From Dehalococcoidia bacterium (GTDB lineage Bacteria > Chloroflexota > Dehalococcoidia > Lucifugimonadales > CATOSD01): 64,000 bases of DNA. The stretch covers positions 19,544 to 83,543 of the forward strand of contig CBDCIS010000009.1 in assembly GCA_965217565.1 (NCBI GenBank). Direction: 5' to 3'. Positions 9,140 to 18,763 of the stretch are shown here, one piece after another. Below the pieces are notes generated by a model. That model ran no database searches. It had not been told where the DNA came from and worked only from the letters and a program-made list of their open reading frames with translations. The position numbers and the translations under genes were made by a program. Positions within the stretch are counted from its first letter, which is position 1; every line of letters starts with the position of its first letter.

Positions 9140-10081
9140 ATGGCAACGATGGTCACGGGCGGGACGGGGTTCATAGGCGCGCGCATCGTGCGCAAGCTCG
9201 TAGAGCGCGGCGAAGAGGTCGTGTGCTTCGACCTCGCGCTACCCCGCGCCAACCTGCAACCCTACTTGGACAGAATCGAAGTCTATCGTGGCGACATTAC
9301 GCGGATTCCACACCTGCTGGAAGCTATCGACACTCACGGCGTTGACAGAGTCGTACACATGGCCGCGCTGCTGCCACCGGACACGGAAGAGCGCCCGCAC
9401 TTCGGGATGGAGGTCAACATCCAGGGAACCAACAATGTCTTCGAGGCGGCGAGGTGGACGGGCGTTCAGCGCGTGGTCTATGCAAGCTCTATCGCGGTGT
9501 ATGGCGTACAGGAGACCTTCGGCGAGCGCCCGCTGACGGAGGAGGACGCCACCGCGCCGGTAAGCGTGTACGGCATGACGAAGATGGTGAACGACTTTTC
9601 GGCGAGCGCGTACAGAGAGCGGTTCGGCATGGACTTGCGCGCCGTGCGAATCGCTACGGTGTTCGGACACGGTCGTGTCACCGGCATGACCGGCATGATA
9701 GGAGGGTTGCTGATGTCCCTGCCCGCCGTCGGCAAGCCGGTCAGCCTGCCCTTCCACCGCGAGGAGAGGTCGGCGATGATTCACTCGGAGGATGCGGCGG
9801 AGATTTTCGTTCGCGTTGCCCTGAGCGATGAGCTTAAGCACCACGTGTATCACAGTGGCGGCCATCACGCCACGCTGGGGGAGATGGTGGATATGGTGCG
9901 CGGCTTCATCCCGGACGCGGAGATCACGACTGGCGACCGCTTCGTGCCGCACGTTTATCTGGTGGACAACAGCCGGATGCTGTCGGACGTGGGCTACGAG
10001 ATGGCGCCGCTGCGAACGCGCGTCCTCGAGCACATCAACGACGCGAGACGGGAAGCGGGGCTGGCGGATATAAGTGGGTGA
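9140..10081 (+). CDS. NAD-dependent epimerase/dehydratase family protein
   Basis: MVTGGTGFIGARIV Rossmann start, VYGMTKMV (YxxxK). Confidence 0.8.
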   Translation: MATMVTGGTGFIGARIVRKLVERGEEVVCFDLALPRANLQPYLDRIEVYRGDITRIPHLLEAIDTHGVDRVVHMAALLPPDTEERPHFGMEVNIQGTNNVFEAARWTGVQRVVYASSIAVYGVQETFGERPLTEEDATAPVSVYGMTKMVNDFSASAYRERFGMDLRAVRIATVFGHGRVTGMTGMIGGLLMSLPAVGKPVSLPFHREERSAMIHSEDAAEIFVRVALSDELKHHVYHSGGHHATLGEMVDMVRGFIPDAEITTGDRFVPHVYLVDNSRMLSDVGYEMAPLRTRVLEHINDARREAGLADISG

Positions 10082-10109
10082 CGGGGAAACTGAGTGAGCG
10101 CAAACGGAG

Positions 10110-10307
10110 ATGGCGCATACTACTATGGTCACTGGAAATTACATAAGGCAAAAGCGGCTCGAACCACTCAAGGAGAGACAGCCCAAAGAGGGACGTGAAC
10201 AGGGGCGTGAAGAGGCTTATAAGGAGTGGGTCGAATGGTTCGAACGGCGTCAGAAAGCGGAAGAGAGTGGCGAGCCGTTGGATGATCCTCGCCCCGACCA
10301 GCGTTGA
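10110..10307 (+). CDS. 65-aa ORF equal to the C-terminal tail of the 45522-45950 family; possibly a gene remnant
   Basis: MVTGNYIRQKRLEPLKE..EGREQGREEA..EW..AEESGEPLDDPRPDQ aligns with the tail of 45522-45950 at protein and DNA level; the membrane part is missing. Confidence 0.35.
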   Translation: MAHTTMVTGNYIRQKRLEPLKERQPKEGREQGREEAYKEWVEWFERRQKAEESGEPLDDPRPDQR

Positions 10308-10325
10308 GCCGTCTTGTGGAAAAAC

Positions 10326-10355
10326 GAAGCGGGCCGCCGATCGGCGGCCCGCTTC
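10326..10355 (-). terminator. intrinsic terminator between convergent genes
   Basis: 13-bp stem GAAGCGGGCCGCC / loop GATC / GGCGGCCCGCTTC; on the minus strand it is followed by GTTTTTCC. Confidence 0.7.
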
Positions 10356-10380
10356 GCGTTTCTGAGGAGTGCGGTCCTGG

Positions 10381-13300
10381 TTACATGGTCAGACGCTTGT
10401 AGAGGTAGAGCAGCCGCTCCGGCAACGTGTAGATGTCGTCTAGCACCTCGTAGCCCATGTCCTGGCACATCGTCTTCAAGTAGTCGTGGCCGTTCTTGTC
10501 CACTGTGAGACAGAAGGCGTTGATCTCCTGACGCTTGGCCTCGTCGAGAGCCATCTTGGTGTCGTGCACCGCGTACTCCTTCTCCACCCCTTCGCGGCTG
10601 TAGCCCCTGTCCTGCGGACGGCCGTCGCTGATTAGAAAGAGCAGCTTCGTGCGGGCGTCCTGCTTGGCGAGCTTGGAGGTGGCGTGGCGAATCGCCGGCC
10701 CCATTCGGGTGGCGTGCAGGGGGGCGATCCGGTCTATGCGCTTCTTGACCCTGTCCGAGAAGTTTTCGTCCAGGTCCTTGATGGTGTAGAACTCCACGTT
10801 CTCGCGCCCGTAGCCTGAGAAGCCGTATATCCCGTAGATGTCGCCGATCGCCTCCAGAGCGTTGATGATTAGAACGACGGCCTCTTTCTCCACGTCGATG
10901 ATACGCTTGTAGGAACGCCTCATCGCCTCGCCTCGCCGCGTTCTGAGCCACACCATGTATTCCACCGGGTCGTCCGGAGCGTCCCAGTCGTCCGGAGCGC
11001 GCTTGGCATCGTCGATGGCCTCCGCGGTGGACGCGCTGGTGTCCATGAGGAAGGCGACGGCGACGTCGCGCTGCACCTTGTTTCGCCGCCAGTAGAACTT
11101 GTCGCTGGGGCTGGAGCCGGTCTTGATGTCAACGATGAACTCGATGAGGTCGTCGATGTCGATATCCTCGCCGTCCTCCAGTTTGCGCACCTTGCGGAAC
11201 ATCTCCGGCACCATCATTTCGAACTGGCGGCGAATCCTGCCGACGAGCGAGCCGTAGTTGGAGAGGGTTGTTCCAAAGTAGGCGGGATCGCCCTCCGGCA
11301 TGAACTTCTGGCGAACGATGCACCAGCGCGGCTTGTAGTCCTCGGCGCGGAAGTCCCACTCGTCGTAAACGAAGGTCTGCGGCTCTGTGGGATCGAGCGA
11401 CGCGCCATCCTCATCGACGTGAACCAGCGGCCCCTGTCCGAACTCCGGTGTCTGCGGCAGGTTGACGCCGGCCTCTTTGAGCAGGTTGTTGGCGAACAGG
11501 CCGCTGGCGTTCTGGATTTCGCCCTCGACGGCCTGGAGGTCGAGTTCTGCGCTGTTCTTGAGCAACTCTTCGAGCATCTCCTGGGTGATTGGCTCGCCGG
11601 AGGCGTCGGCGTTCTGGTCCTGGGGCTGCATCTTGAGCATACTCAGCAGTTGGGAAAGCTCCGGCTTGAAGTCGCCACGGTAGTCCACCTCTTCAACGGA
11701 GTCGTACTCCTCCTCGCCCTCCGGGCGCAATTCCATCTCCATCCCCATAGCCATCTGTTGAACCAACTGCATCATCTCTTCGGAATCTTCATACTGGTCG
11801 TTCTGGTCTTCTTCCTCGATGTCCATGTCCTCCCACTCTTCGGGAGGCACCTCTTCATTGGGAATCTGGGCGATGATGGCGTAGATCCGGAGCGTGGCCT
11901 CGGCGGCGTCCTCTACGCTTGCCTCGGGATGAAGCATACGCCTGGCGATCCTGGCGACTCTTCGGGCTTCGTCCACGCAGTCCTCCGGTATCGACAGGTC
12001 CTTGTACTGCTGGAGGCTGAGTCTTACGAGGAACTCGATCATGGCTTCACGCATGGGCAGCGACTGCATTTCGGGACGCGCGGTGAGTGAGTCGGACTGA
12101 ACCCGGTTATAGGCACGGCGAATCCCCGGATAATCCAGCTTCACGCGAGCGTCGAGACGGCTGTCCTCTATCACGGTAAAGATGTCGAGAGAGAGCTTGC
12201 GGTCTTCGAACAGGTTGAAGAACCTCTGCATGTCTGTGACCCACCCCTGCTCGAGGCTTTCGGTGTCGATTTCCGGCATTTCCTGGCCCCCGGTGACCCT
12301 TCTGATCTTGTTCTTTTCGAGGTCGTGTCGCAGGTCGTCGAAGAGCGTGGTCTCGGCGTCGAACTCGAAGCCGAAGCTGCCGAACTCCAGGTGTGCCACC
12401 TGGTGGGTGGAGACCACTTTGAACCAGGAGAAGTTCTCTTCCTTCGAGGAGTAGCGGTCAACCGCGACGGGGACGAACACGGTTGAACCCTCGGTGGATG
12501 GGGACTCTCCAGACACCCAGCCGATATTCTTCTCGACAAGCTCTTCACTCGCTGACAACTTGACCTCGGCGCCCGCGAGTCCGCGGCAGTACATCTCCAT
12601 GACGTCCTTGATGCGCGTAAACTCCACGCTGGAGGACAACGCCTCCAGAACGGCCTCCGAATGGGCGGACTCTATCTTGAAGTACGCCAGGCCGCCGTCG
12701 GGGTTCTGGGCGAGGATTCGCGCGCCCTCCTCGAACCACTTTTCAAGCTGGCCCATGGTAATGCTTTCCAGAGCGAACGGAGCCGCCTTTATGAACTCCG
12801 GCACCGAAGGTGGGGAAAATTGCAGCAGTGATTCGGCCATAGACAGAACCTGGGAGTGGTCTTGAGTCTCGAGCCGGCTCAACGCCTGGGAGGTGTCCAG
12901 CATGATCGTTGGAATGTTCGACCCGCCGCTCTTCACCAACTGCTCCGCCATTCTAAGGAAGCGAAGTCTCTGGTCGGATTCTATTCTAGGCAAAGCCCTG
13001 GTGCCGGCGTCGAAGAAACTCTTCACCTCTCGCCAGCCGGTCTCAACGAGCGTGGATGCCAGGGAGATGAACGCGAGCTTGTCATCGCCTATCAGCGGGA
13101 ATAGCTGCTGGCCAAGAGTGAGGCACTCGGAGGCGAGGTCGTAGGAACGGTGGGAGAGCGAGTCCAGAAACGCGACGAACTGCTCGAGCTCCTGGAAGCT
13201 CAGGCTCTCCATCAAGGCCGGACTGGAGTCGAAGAACTTGCACGCGAGCGTGCTGGACTTCCAGGTGCCCTTGTAAAGGCTGCGTCCCAGCTTCGACCAG

Positions 13301-13665
13301 GTCTCGATGTGGCGCGACCTCAGCTTGCCCATCGCGCCCGGGCTCGCCACGAAGTAGGACGTGGCGAGTGTGGGCGATTCCTTGCAGAGGGCGCTTCCGC
13401 ACTCGGTCCACTTGACGAAGTAGTTGAAGGGCATGAAGGTGATAACCTGGGGGCTAACCTTGTAATACTGGGCGGCGGCCTCCCAGGAGCGCACGGTCTG
13501 CTGGGCGATTTCCAGGCCGGCCCGCGCCCATTCCAGTCTCTGAACTTCGGTCATGGAGTCGGGCATGGAGAGAGCGGCTTTATCCACCTCTTCCAAGACC
13601 GAGGCCGGAAAGCGGCGCATCTCGTCTTTTATTTCTTCAAGCGTTAGCGTTGTCTTTTCTTCCAC
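10381..13665 (-). CDS. large VWA-domain protein, CbbO/NorD-like partner of a MoxR-type AAA+ ATPase
   Basis: 1094 aa. Has a C-terminal VWA domain with MIDAS-type FLMDTSASTAE, a central highly acidic segment, and a helical N-terminal half as in CbbO/NorD. Confidence 0.75.
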   Translation of the reverse strand: MEEKTTLTLEEIKDEMRRFPASVLEEVDKAALSMPDSMTEVQRLEWARAGLEIAQQTVRSWEAAAQYYKVSPQVITFMPFNYFVKWTECGSALCKESPTLATSYFVASPGAMGKLRSRHIETWSKLGRSLYKGTWKSSTLACKFFDSSPALMESLSFQELEQFVAFLDSLSHRSYDLASECLTLGQQLFPLIGDDKLAFISLASTLVETGWREVKSFFDAGTRALPRIESDQRLRFLRMAEQLVKSGGSNIPTIMLDTSQALSRLETQDHSQVLSMAESLLQFSPPSVPEFIKAAPFALESITMGQLEKWFEEGARILAQNPDGGLAYFKIESAHSEAVLEALSSSVEFTRIKDVMEMYCRGLAGAEVKLSASEELVEKNIGWVSGESPSTEGSTVFVPVAVDRYSSKEENFSWFKVVSTHQVAHLEFGSFGFEFDAETTLFDDLRHDLEKNKIRRVTGGQEMPEIDTESLEQGWVTDMQRFFNLFEDRKLSLDIFTVIEDSRLDARVKLDYPGIRRAYNRVQSDSLTARPEMQSLPMREAMIEFLVRLSLQQYKDLSIPEDCVDEARRVARIARRMLHPEASVEDAAEATLRIYAIIAQIPNEEVPPEEWEDMDIEEEDQNDQYEDSEEMMQLVQQMAMGMEMELRPEGEEEYDSVEEVDYRGDFKPELSQLLSMLKMQPQDQNADASGEPITQEMLEELLKNSAELDLQAVEGEIQNASGLFANNLLKEAGVNLPQTPEFGQGPLVHVDEDGASLDPTEPQTFVYDEWDFRAEDYKPRWCIVRQKFMPEGDPAYFGTTLSNYGSLVGRIRRQFEMMVPEMFRKVRKLEDGEDIDIDDLIEFIVDIKTGSSPSDKFYWRRNKVQRDVAVAFLMDTSASTAEAIDDAKRAPDDWDAPDDPVEYMVWLRTRRGEAMRRSYKRIIDVEKEAVVLIINALEAIGDIYGIYGFSGYGRENVEFYTIKDLDENFSDRVKKRIDRIAPLHATRMGPAIRHATSKLAKQDARTKLLFLISDGRPQDRGYSREGVEKEYAVHDTKMALDEAKRQEINAFCLTVDKNGHDYLKTMCQDMGYEVLDDIYTLPERLLYLYKRLTM

Positions 13666-14249
13666 AGGGCCTCCTTGTCCGGCGCGGCCTGAAGCAGATC
13701 CAGGAAGTGCTTTAGTACCCTCGCGGTCGCTCCAAATACGACGTGACCGTTGTATGCGTAGGCGGGAGAATAGGATAACTCCCCGTCCACGATTCTGACT
13801 TCGTCTCGAAAGTTCTTTTCGTCCAACAGCATGGAGATGGGCACCTCCAGCACCTCGGCCACTTCAGCCTCGAAGGGCTTGAAATCGTAGGGGTACGGAA
13901 TAGTGCCAACGTAGGGGCGCATGAGGAAGTGGCTGCGGGTCGCCATGTCGTCCACCTCTCCGAGCACTTCGATGTCGTCGGGAAGGATTCCCATCTCCTC
14001 GTGAGTCTCTCGGAGGGCGGTATCCCTGAGCGTGTCGTCTCCGGGGTCCTTTCCGCCGCCCGGAAAGGAGATCTCCCCCTTGTGGTGCTCGACCCGGTTG
14101 GAGCGCTTGTTCAGCAGCACGCAGTACTCGCCATCCTTGGGATAGAGGAGAATCATCACGCCGGCGGGCGCCAGGGAGGGGTCGTCAATCGGCTGCTTGC
14201 GATGTTCGTACAAGATGCGCCGCACAACGTCTATCGTTGAGACTCCCAT
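13644..14249 (-). CDS. Nudix hydrolase, CoA pyrophosphatase-like
   Basis: Nudix box FPGGGKDPGDDTLRDTALRETHEEMGI; 22-nt overlap with the downstream VWA gene. Confidence 0.7.
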   Translation of the reverse strand: MGVSTIDVVRRILYEHRKQPIDDPSLAPAGVMILLYPKDGEYCVLLNKRSNRVEHHKGEISFPGGGKDPGDDTLRDTALRETHEEMGILPDDIEVLGEVDDMATRSHFLMRPYVGTIPYPYDFKPFEAEVAEVLEVPISMLLDEKNFRDEVRIVDGELSYSPAYAYNGHVVFGATARVLKHFLDLLQAAPDKEALWKKRQR

Positions 14250-14309
14250 CTAGCCGAACTCGCTTCTAGCGCGAGCTAGTGAACAGTCCATGTGGGTGTC
14301 GGTACGCTC

Positions 14310-15206
14310 CTACTCGAAAATGGACGAAATCAGCTCTTCGATGCTTCTCTGCACCGTCGCGTCGTCTGTCACGGCCCAGTTCACTGCAACCTGGCACGCT
14401 CGGCGGGGGCTTACGCCTTGCGATATCATCTTGCCGGCGTAGATGAGGAGGCGAGTGCTCGCGCCCTCACCCAATCCGTGCTCCTTCAGGTTGCGGACCT
14501 TCTCGCCCAGCCGCGCAAGCTGCAAGGCGGTGGCGGCGTCCACGCCGGACTCGTGACGCACGATCTCGGCTTCGATGTCCCGTGGCGGGTAATCGAACTC
14601 GATCGCGACGAATCGCTGCCTGGTGCTGTGCTTGAGGTCTTTGAGGGCGCTCTGGTAGCCGGGATTGTATGAGAGTATCAGCAGGAAGCCATCGGCCGCC
14701 TCGAGCAGTTCGCCTCGCTTTTCCACCGGAAGCATACGGCGGTGGTCCGTGAGCGGGTGAATCAGGACGGTGGTGTCCTTCCTGGCCTCCACTATCTCGT
14801 CGAGGTAGCAGATGCCGCCGGCCTTGACCGCGCGAGTCAACGGGCCGTCGATCCAGACTGTGCTATCGCCTTCGAGGAGATAGCGGCCCACCAGGTCGCT
14901 TGCGGTTAGGTCTTCGTGGCAGGCGATCGTCACTAGGGGAACGTTCTCGCCGTTGGAGGACACTTCGCCTGTGGCCGGGGCTGCTCTAACCTTGGAGAGC
15001 GGCTGACCCAGCCTCCAGGACATGTACTCGACGAACCGGGTCTTGCCGCAGCCCGTAGGTCCCTTGAAAAGCAAGGGAATTTTTTGCAGATAGGCGGCCT
15101 CGAATAGCTCGATCTCGTCTCCGGTTGCCACGTAGTACGGCTCGTCAACGAGGTGGTACTCTTCGATGATGTAGCTGCGATATAGGGTCCTGGTGGTTGA
15201 AGTCAT
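14310..15206 (-). CDS. CbbQ/NirQ/NorQ-type MoxR AAA+ ATPase
   Basis: 298 aa, Walker A GPTGCGKT, Walker [11 protein letters not shown]. Confidence 0.85.
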   Translation of the reverse strand: MTSTTRTLYRSYIIEEYHLVDEPYYVATGDEIELFEAAYLQKIPLLFKGPTGCGKTRFVEYMSWRLGQPLSKVRAAPATGEVSSNGENVPLVTIACHEDLTASDLVGRYLLEGDSTVWIDGPLTRAVKAGGICYLDEIVEARKDTTVLIHPLTDHRRMLPVEKRGELLEAADGFLLILSYNPGYQSALKDLKHSTRQRFVAIEFDYPPRDIEAEIVRHESGVDAATALQLARLGEKVRNLKEHGLGEGASTRLLIYAGKMISQGVSPRRACQVAVNWAVTDDATVQRSIEELISSIFE

Positions 15207-15208
15207 CT

Positions 15209-15820
15209 CTAGTTGCTGCTCTCCTTGTGGGCTGACGTCCGGCTATTCCACAGTTCTTGTATTTTTTTGCCCAGTTGTTCCACACTACCATCATTCGCTA
15301 TGACAACGTCGGCGTGCCTCACACGTTCCTCCGAGGTCATCTGGGAGTTGATGCGGGCGCGGGCACCCTCTTCGCCCATGTTATTGCGCCCCTTGATTCG
15401 CTCGATCACCTGGTCTTCCGGCGAGGTCGTCACCCAAACCTCGTCCATCAGCGGCGTCCAGTTGGCCTCGATTAGAATGGCTGCCTCGACCACGACGGTA
15501 TCGCGTCCCGCTTCCCGCAAGCCCTCTATCCTCTCCTCTATCATGGCGTACATGCGGGGGTGCATAATGGAGTTGAGCTTCTCGAGGGCCTTGGGGTCGC
15601 TGAACACAATACCACCAAGCTTCCGTCGGTCAATCTCCCCGTTCTCGGCGACCACGTCTCCAAAGGCTGCCACGACCTCTTTCCAGGTATCGGTCTGCGG
15701 TGCGTACGCCTCATGCCCTATCAGGTCGGCATTGATGATGGTAGCGCCCTGCTCTTCCAGCAATTGGGATACCTGCGACTTGCCCGTGCCGATGCCGCCC
15801 GTGAGACCAATAACAAGCAT
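15209..15820 (-). CDS. coaE: dephospho-CoA kinase
   Basis: [16 protein letters not shown]-loop at the N terminus, about 200 aa; 2-nt gap to the next gene. Confidence 0.85.
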   Translation of the reverse strand: MLVIGLTGGIGTGKSQVSQLLEEQGATIINADLIGHEAYAPQTDTWKEVVAAFGDVVAENGEIDRRKLGGIVFSDPKALEKLNSIMHPRMYAMIEERIEGLREAGRDTVVVEAAILIEANWTPLMDEVWVTTSPEDQVIERIKGRNNMGEEGARARINSQMTSEERVRHADVVIANDGSVEQLGKKIQELWNSRTSAHKESSN

Positions 15821-15935
15821 GAGATGCCCCGCCTTCTGAGAAATTCATCACATTCTAGCAAGAGTGGATATAAGGGTCAATGCTTTGCGCTCAATTCCAC
15901 GCCGGTTCACGGGCTTATCTGGGCCAGTGGTGGGG

Positions 15936-15941
15936 TATAAT
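15936..15941 (+). promoter_or_regulatory. candidate -10 box TATAAT for selA
   Basis: TATAAT overlaps the ATG at 15940, which argues for the downstream start at 15979. Confidence 0.3.
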
Positions 15942-15978
15942 GGATTCATTACTACCCAATGGCGACGCGGAGCAGGCT

Positions 15979-17355
15979 ATGACTTCTCCCTTCAGATCTC
16001 TGCCAAGCATCGACCGAATCATGTCTGACGCTCGCGTGGAGGCGCTGGTGGAGGACTACTCCCGCCAGGCGGCGGTGGAGTTGGCGAGGTCGGAGTTCGT
16101 GGACGCGCGGAAGGCCATCGCGGACGGGGCGGCGGCGCCGACACTCGACGAGTTGGTCCATGGTATGGAGAAGCGGGCGGCGTCCAGATGGGGCGCATGG
16201 CCGAGACACGTCATCAACGCGACAGGCGTTATACTACACACCAACCTGGGCCGCGCGCCACTCAGCGCCGAAGCAACGGAGGCGGTCCGGCGCGCCGCGA
16301 TGGGCTACGGCGACCTGGAGCTCGACCTAGAGAGCGGCAGAAGAGGCTCCCGCCAGGCGCGCGTCGCGCAACTCATCTGCCAGCTTTTCGGCGGCGACTC
16401 CGCCCTGGTGGTGAACAACAACGCCTCCGCCATGCTGCTGGGGCTTGCCGCCGTCACCAGCGGCAAGGAGGTCATTGTCTCGCGGGGAGAGGCCGTCGAG
16501 ATTGGCGGCGGCTTCCGCATTCCCGACGTGCTGAGGCAGAGCGGCGCGACGCTCGTGGAGGTCGGCACCACCAACCGCACCTACGCCCACGACTACGAGG
16601 CCGCGATAACGGAGAACACCGGCGCGCTGCTGCTCGTTCACGCCAGCAACTTCAGGGTGATGGGATTCACGCACTCCCCCGGGATTGGCGAGTTGGTAAG
16701 CATTGGCAACAGGCGCGGCGTTCCGGCGCTTCACGACCTGGGCAGCGGTTGCCTGCTGGATACGTCGCAGTTCGGCCTCGCCCACGAACCAATGCCGCAG
16801 GAGAGCGTGAGGGCCGGGGTGGACCTCTCCTTCTTCTCCGGTGACAAGCTGCTCGGTGGGCCGCAGGCGGGCATCATCGTGGGCAGACGCGACCTGGTCA
16901 ACGCCGTGTCGCGCCATCCCTTCGCTAGGGCGATGCGCATAGACAAGTTGAGCATGGCCGCGCTCACCGCGACGCTTCTGCATTACGTAAGAGACGAGGC
17001 GACGGACAAGATTCCCATCTGGCGAATGATAGCGATGTCCTCCGAGGACGCGAGGTCCACGGCAACGCGATGGCAGGAGAGGCTGGGGGCCGGCGCGTCG
17101 GTAATGGAGGCCCAATCCACCATTGGCGGCGGGAGCCTGCCCGGGGAGACACTGCCCACCTGGGCGGTGTCGATAGCCAGCGACCGCGGCGGCGCGGATG
17201 CTATGGCAAGATTGCTAAGACAAGGCGAACCGCCCGTGGTCGGGCGCATCGAGGACGATAGAGTGCTTCTCGACCCGCGCACCGTTCTGCCAGAAGAGGA
17301 AGAGGCCCTTCTGCGGACCGCGGCGCGAGCCATGGACGCGGCGGGGCAACCTTGA
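15979..17355 (+). CDS. selA: L-seryl-tRNA(Sec) selenium transferase
   Basis: N-terminal RSLPSIDRIM and SFFSGDKLLGGPQAGII (PLP lysine region). GGAG lies 6 nt upstream of ATG 15979 (the ORF track starts at 15880). Confidence 0.85.
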   Translation: MTSPFRSLPSIDRIMSDARVEALVEDYSRQAAVELARSEFVDARKAIADGAAAPTLDELVHGMEKRAASRWGAWPRHVINATGVILHTNLGRAPLSAEATEAVRRAAMGYGDLELDLESGRRGSRQARVAQLICQLFGGDSALVVNNNASAMLLGLAAVTSGKEVIVSRGEAVEIGGGFRIPDVLRQSGATLVEVGTTNRTYAHDYEAAITENTGALLLVHASNFRVMGFTHSPGIGELVSIGNRRGVPALHDLGSGCLLDTSQFGLAHEPMPQESVRAGVDLSFFSGDKLLGGPQAGIIVGRRDLVNAVSRHPFARAMRIDKLSMAALTATLLHYVRDEATDKIPIWRMIAMSSEDARSTATRWQERLGAGASVMEAQSTIGGGSLPGETLPTWAVSIASDRGGADAMARLLRQGEPPVVGRIEDDRVLLDPRTVLPEEEEALLRTAARAMDAAGQP

Positions 17356-17386
17356 ACCTGATACGAAAGGAAAGGAGACGCAGACA

Positions 17387-18076
17387 ATGAGACCCACAAT
17401 AGAGTTCGACCCAAGCTATTCGCTGCTGACGCTGGAGCTTGACTCGGGCGAGGCCATCAAGGCCGAACCAGGGGCCATGGTGGCCCAGCAGGACGTGGAC
17501 ATGAAGACTGGCATGGGAGGAAGCGGTATTTTCGGCGGATTGAAGAGGATGCTGGGCGGCGAGTCCTTCTTCGTGAACACCTTCACGGCGGAGCGCGGCG
17601 GCGGCTGGGTGAGCCTCGCTCCCTCAACCCCGGGGGACATCATGTCATTCAACCTGCGGCCGGGAACCAACCTCTTCATCCAGTCGAGCTCGTTCATGGC
17701 GTGCACTGAGAACGTGCAGACCGATACGGACTTCCAGGGGTTCAAGGGCTTATTTAGCGGCGAGAGCCTGTTCTTCATCAGGGCCTACTCGGAGGGAGGA
17801 GAGGGAGTCGTCTATTCCAACTCATTCGGCGCGATCAAGCAGGTTGGCGTGGAGCCGGGCAAGGAGCTTGTCGTGGATACAGGCCATCTCGTGGCGTTCA
17901 CCGACGACGTGGAATACTCGATAGGCAAAGTGGGCGGCATTCGCTCGCTCATCGCCGGCGGAGAGGGCCTCGTGATGAAGTTCAGAGGCGACGGGCGCGT
18001 GTGGATTCAGACCAGGAACATGTCCTCGCTCGCGGGTAGGCTCATCCCGTTCCTGCCAAAGTCCGGCGGTAACTAG
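17387..18076 (+). CDS. AIM24/TIGR00266 (DUF124) family protein
   Basis: 229 aa, beta-rich; start IEFDPSYSLLTLELDSGEAIKAEPGAMV is typical of the family. Confidence 0.7.
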   Translation: MRPTIEFDPSYSLLTLELDSGEAIKAEPGAMVAQQDVDMKTGMGGSGIFGGLKRMLGGESFFVNTFTAERGGGWVSLAPSTPGDIMSFNLRPGTNLFIQSSSFMACTENVQTDTDFQGFKGLFSGESLFFIRAYSEGGEGVVYSNSFGAIKQVGVEPGKELVVDTGHLVAFTDDVEYSIGKVGGIRSLIAGGEGLVMKFRGDGRVWIQTRNMSSLAGRLIPFLPKSGGN

Positions 18077-18159
18077 GGGAACAGTGCCGCCCGGTGCGGG
18101 CGGAGCCTTCCGTACAGAGTATCGCGTCTCCGTGACCTACTTTCGAAAGGAGCCTGGCA

Positions 18160-18762
18160 GTGCCCATCACGGGAAACGTGGTTGACAGGTCTGGGTTCAA
18201 CCCCTCTCTGCACCTTCCCTACGAACTGAGAGCTATGGACTTCGAGTCGGCAATGCAGGATGTGTACGACTTTTTCTGCGACGTCAACTCGTATCTTGTC
18301 GGCTAGGGACTTGAGCGGCTTGACGACATGCTCCGACCCGCCATTCTCTCTGGTGTCTTGTCCGATATGATTACTGCCAGCCTATCGAAGCATTCGCGGG
18401 TTCTGACAGAGAACCGCTACTTCAACGGGCACCCTGATCTGGTGGTTCAAGGTGTGTACCCGAACAACGCGGTGAAGGCGGGCGACAGAGGCGTGGAGAT
18501 CAAGACTACCAGAAAGCGAGGCGGTGCAGTTGACACACACGGCGCACGCGACCAGTGGATGTGCGTATTCGTCTATGCAGTGGACAACCAAACCGAGCCA
18601 GCCATAGACAGGCAGCCGCTGACCTTTACCGAACTCTATCTGGGGCAAGTGACGGTGGACGACTTCCGGCGGAATGCCAGAGGCGAACTCGGCACTCGAA
18701 CTGCTACGCTCCACAAAGATGGGATAGGGAAACTCCGCGAGAATTGGCTCTACAAGTTGTAG
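18160..18762 (+). pseudogene. PD-(D/E)xK restriction endonuclease with an in-frame amber codon
   Basis: GTG 18160 is preceded by AAGGAG. The frame runs through TAG at 18304-18306 into the ORF at 18328-18762. PD...EXK motif is present: HPDLVV ... GVEIKTT. Confidence 0.6.
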
Positions 18763-18763
18763 G

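Noticed and set aside
15979-17355. selA implies selenoproteins, so I looked for adjacent same-frame ORFs split by TGA
   Set aside because: None was noticed by eye in this window. No selB, selD or tRNA-Sec is present here either. A dedicated SECIS/Sec search would be needed.
18304-18306. In-frame TAG codons (here, at 1298-1300 and at 31553/36050) as evidence for amber recoding such as pyrrolysine
   Set aside because: TAG is the ordinary stop of several confident genes in the window (for example 2895-2897, 3922-3924, 18760-18762). No pyl genes were seen. The affected genes are a restriction enzyme and IS transposases, which commonly decay.
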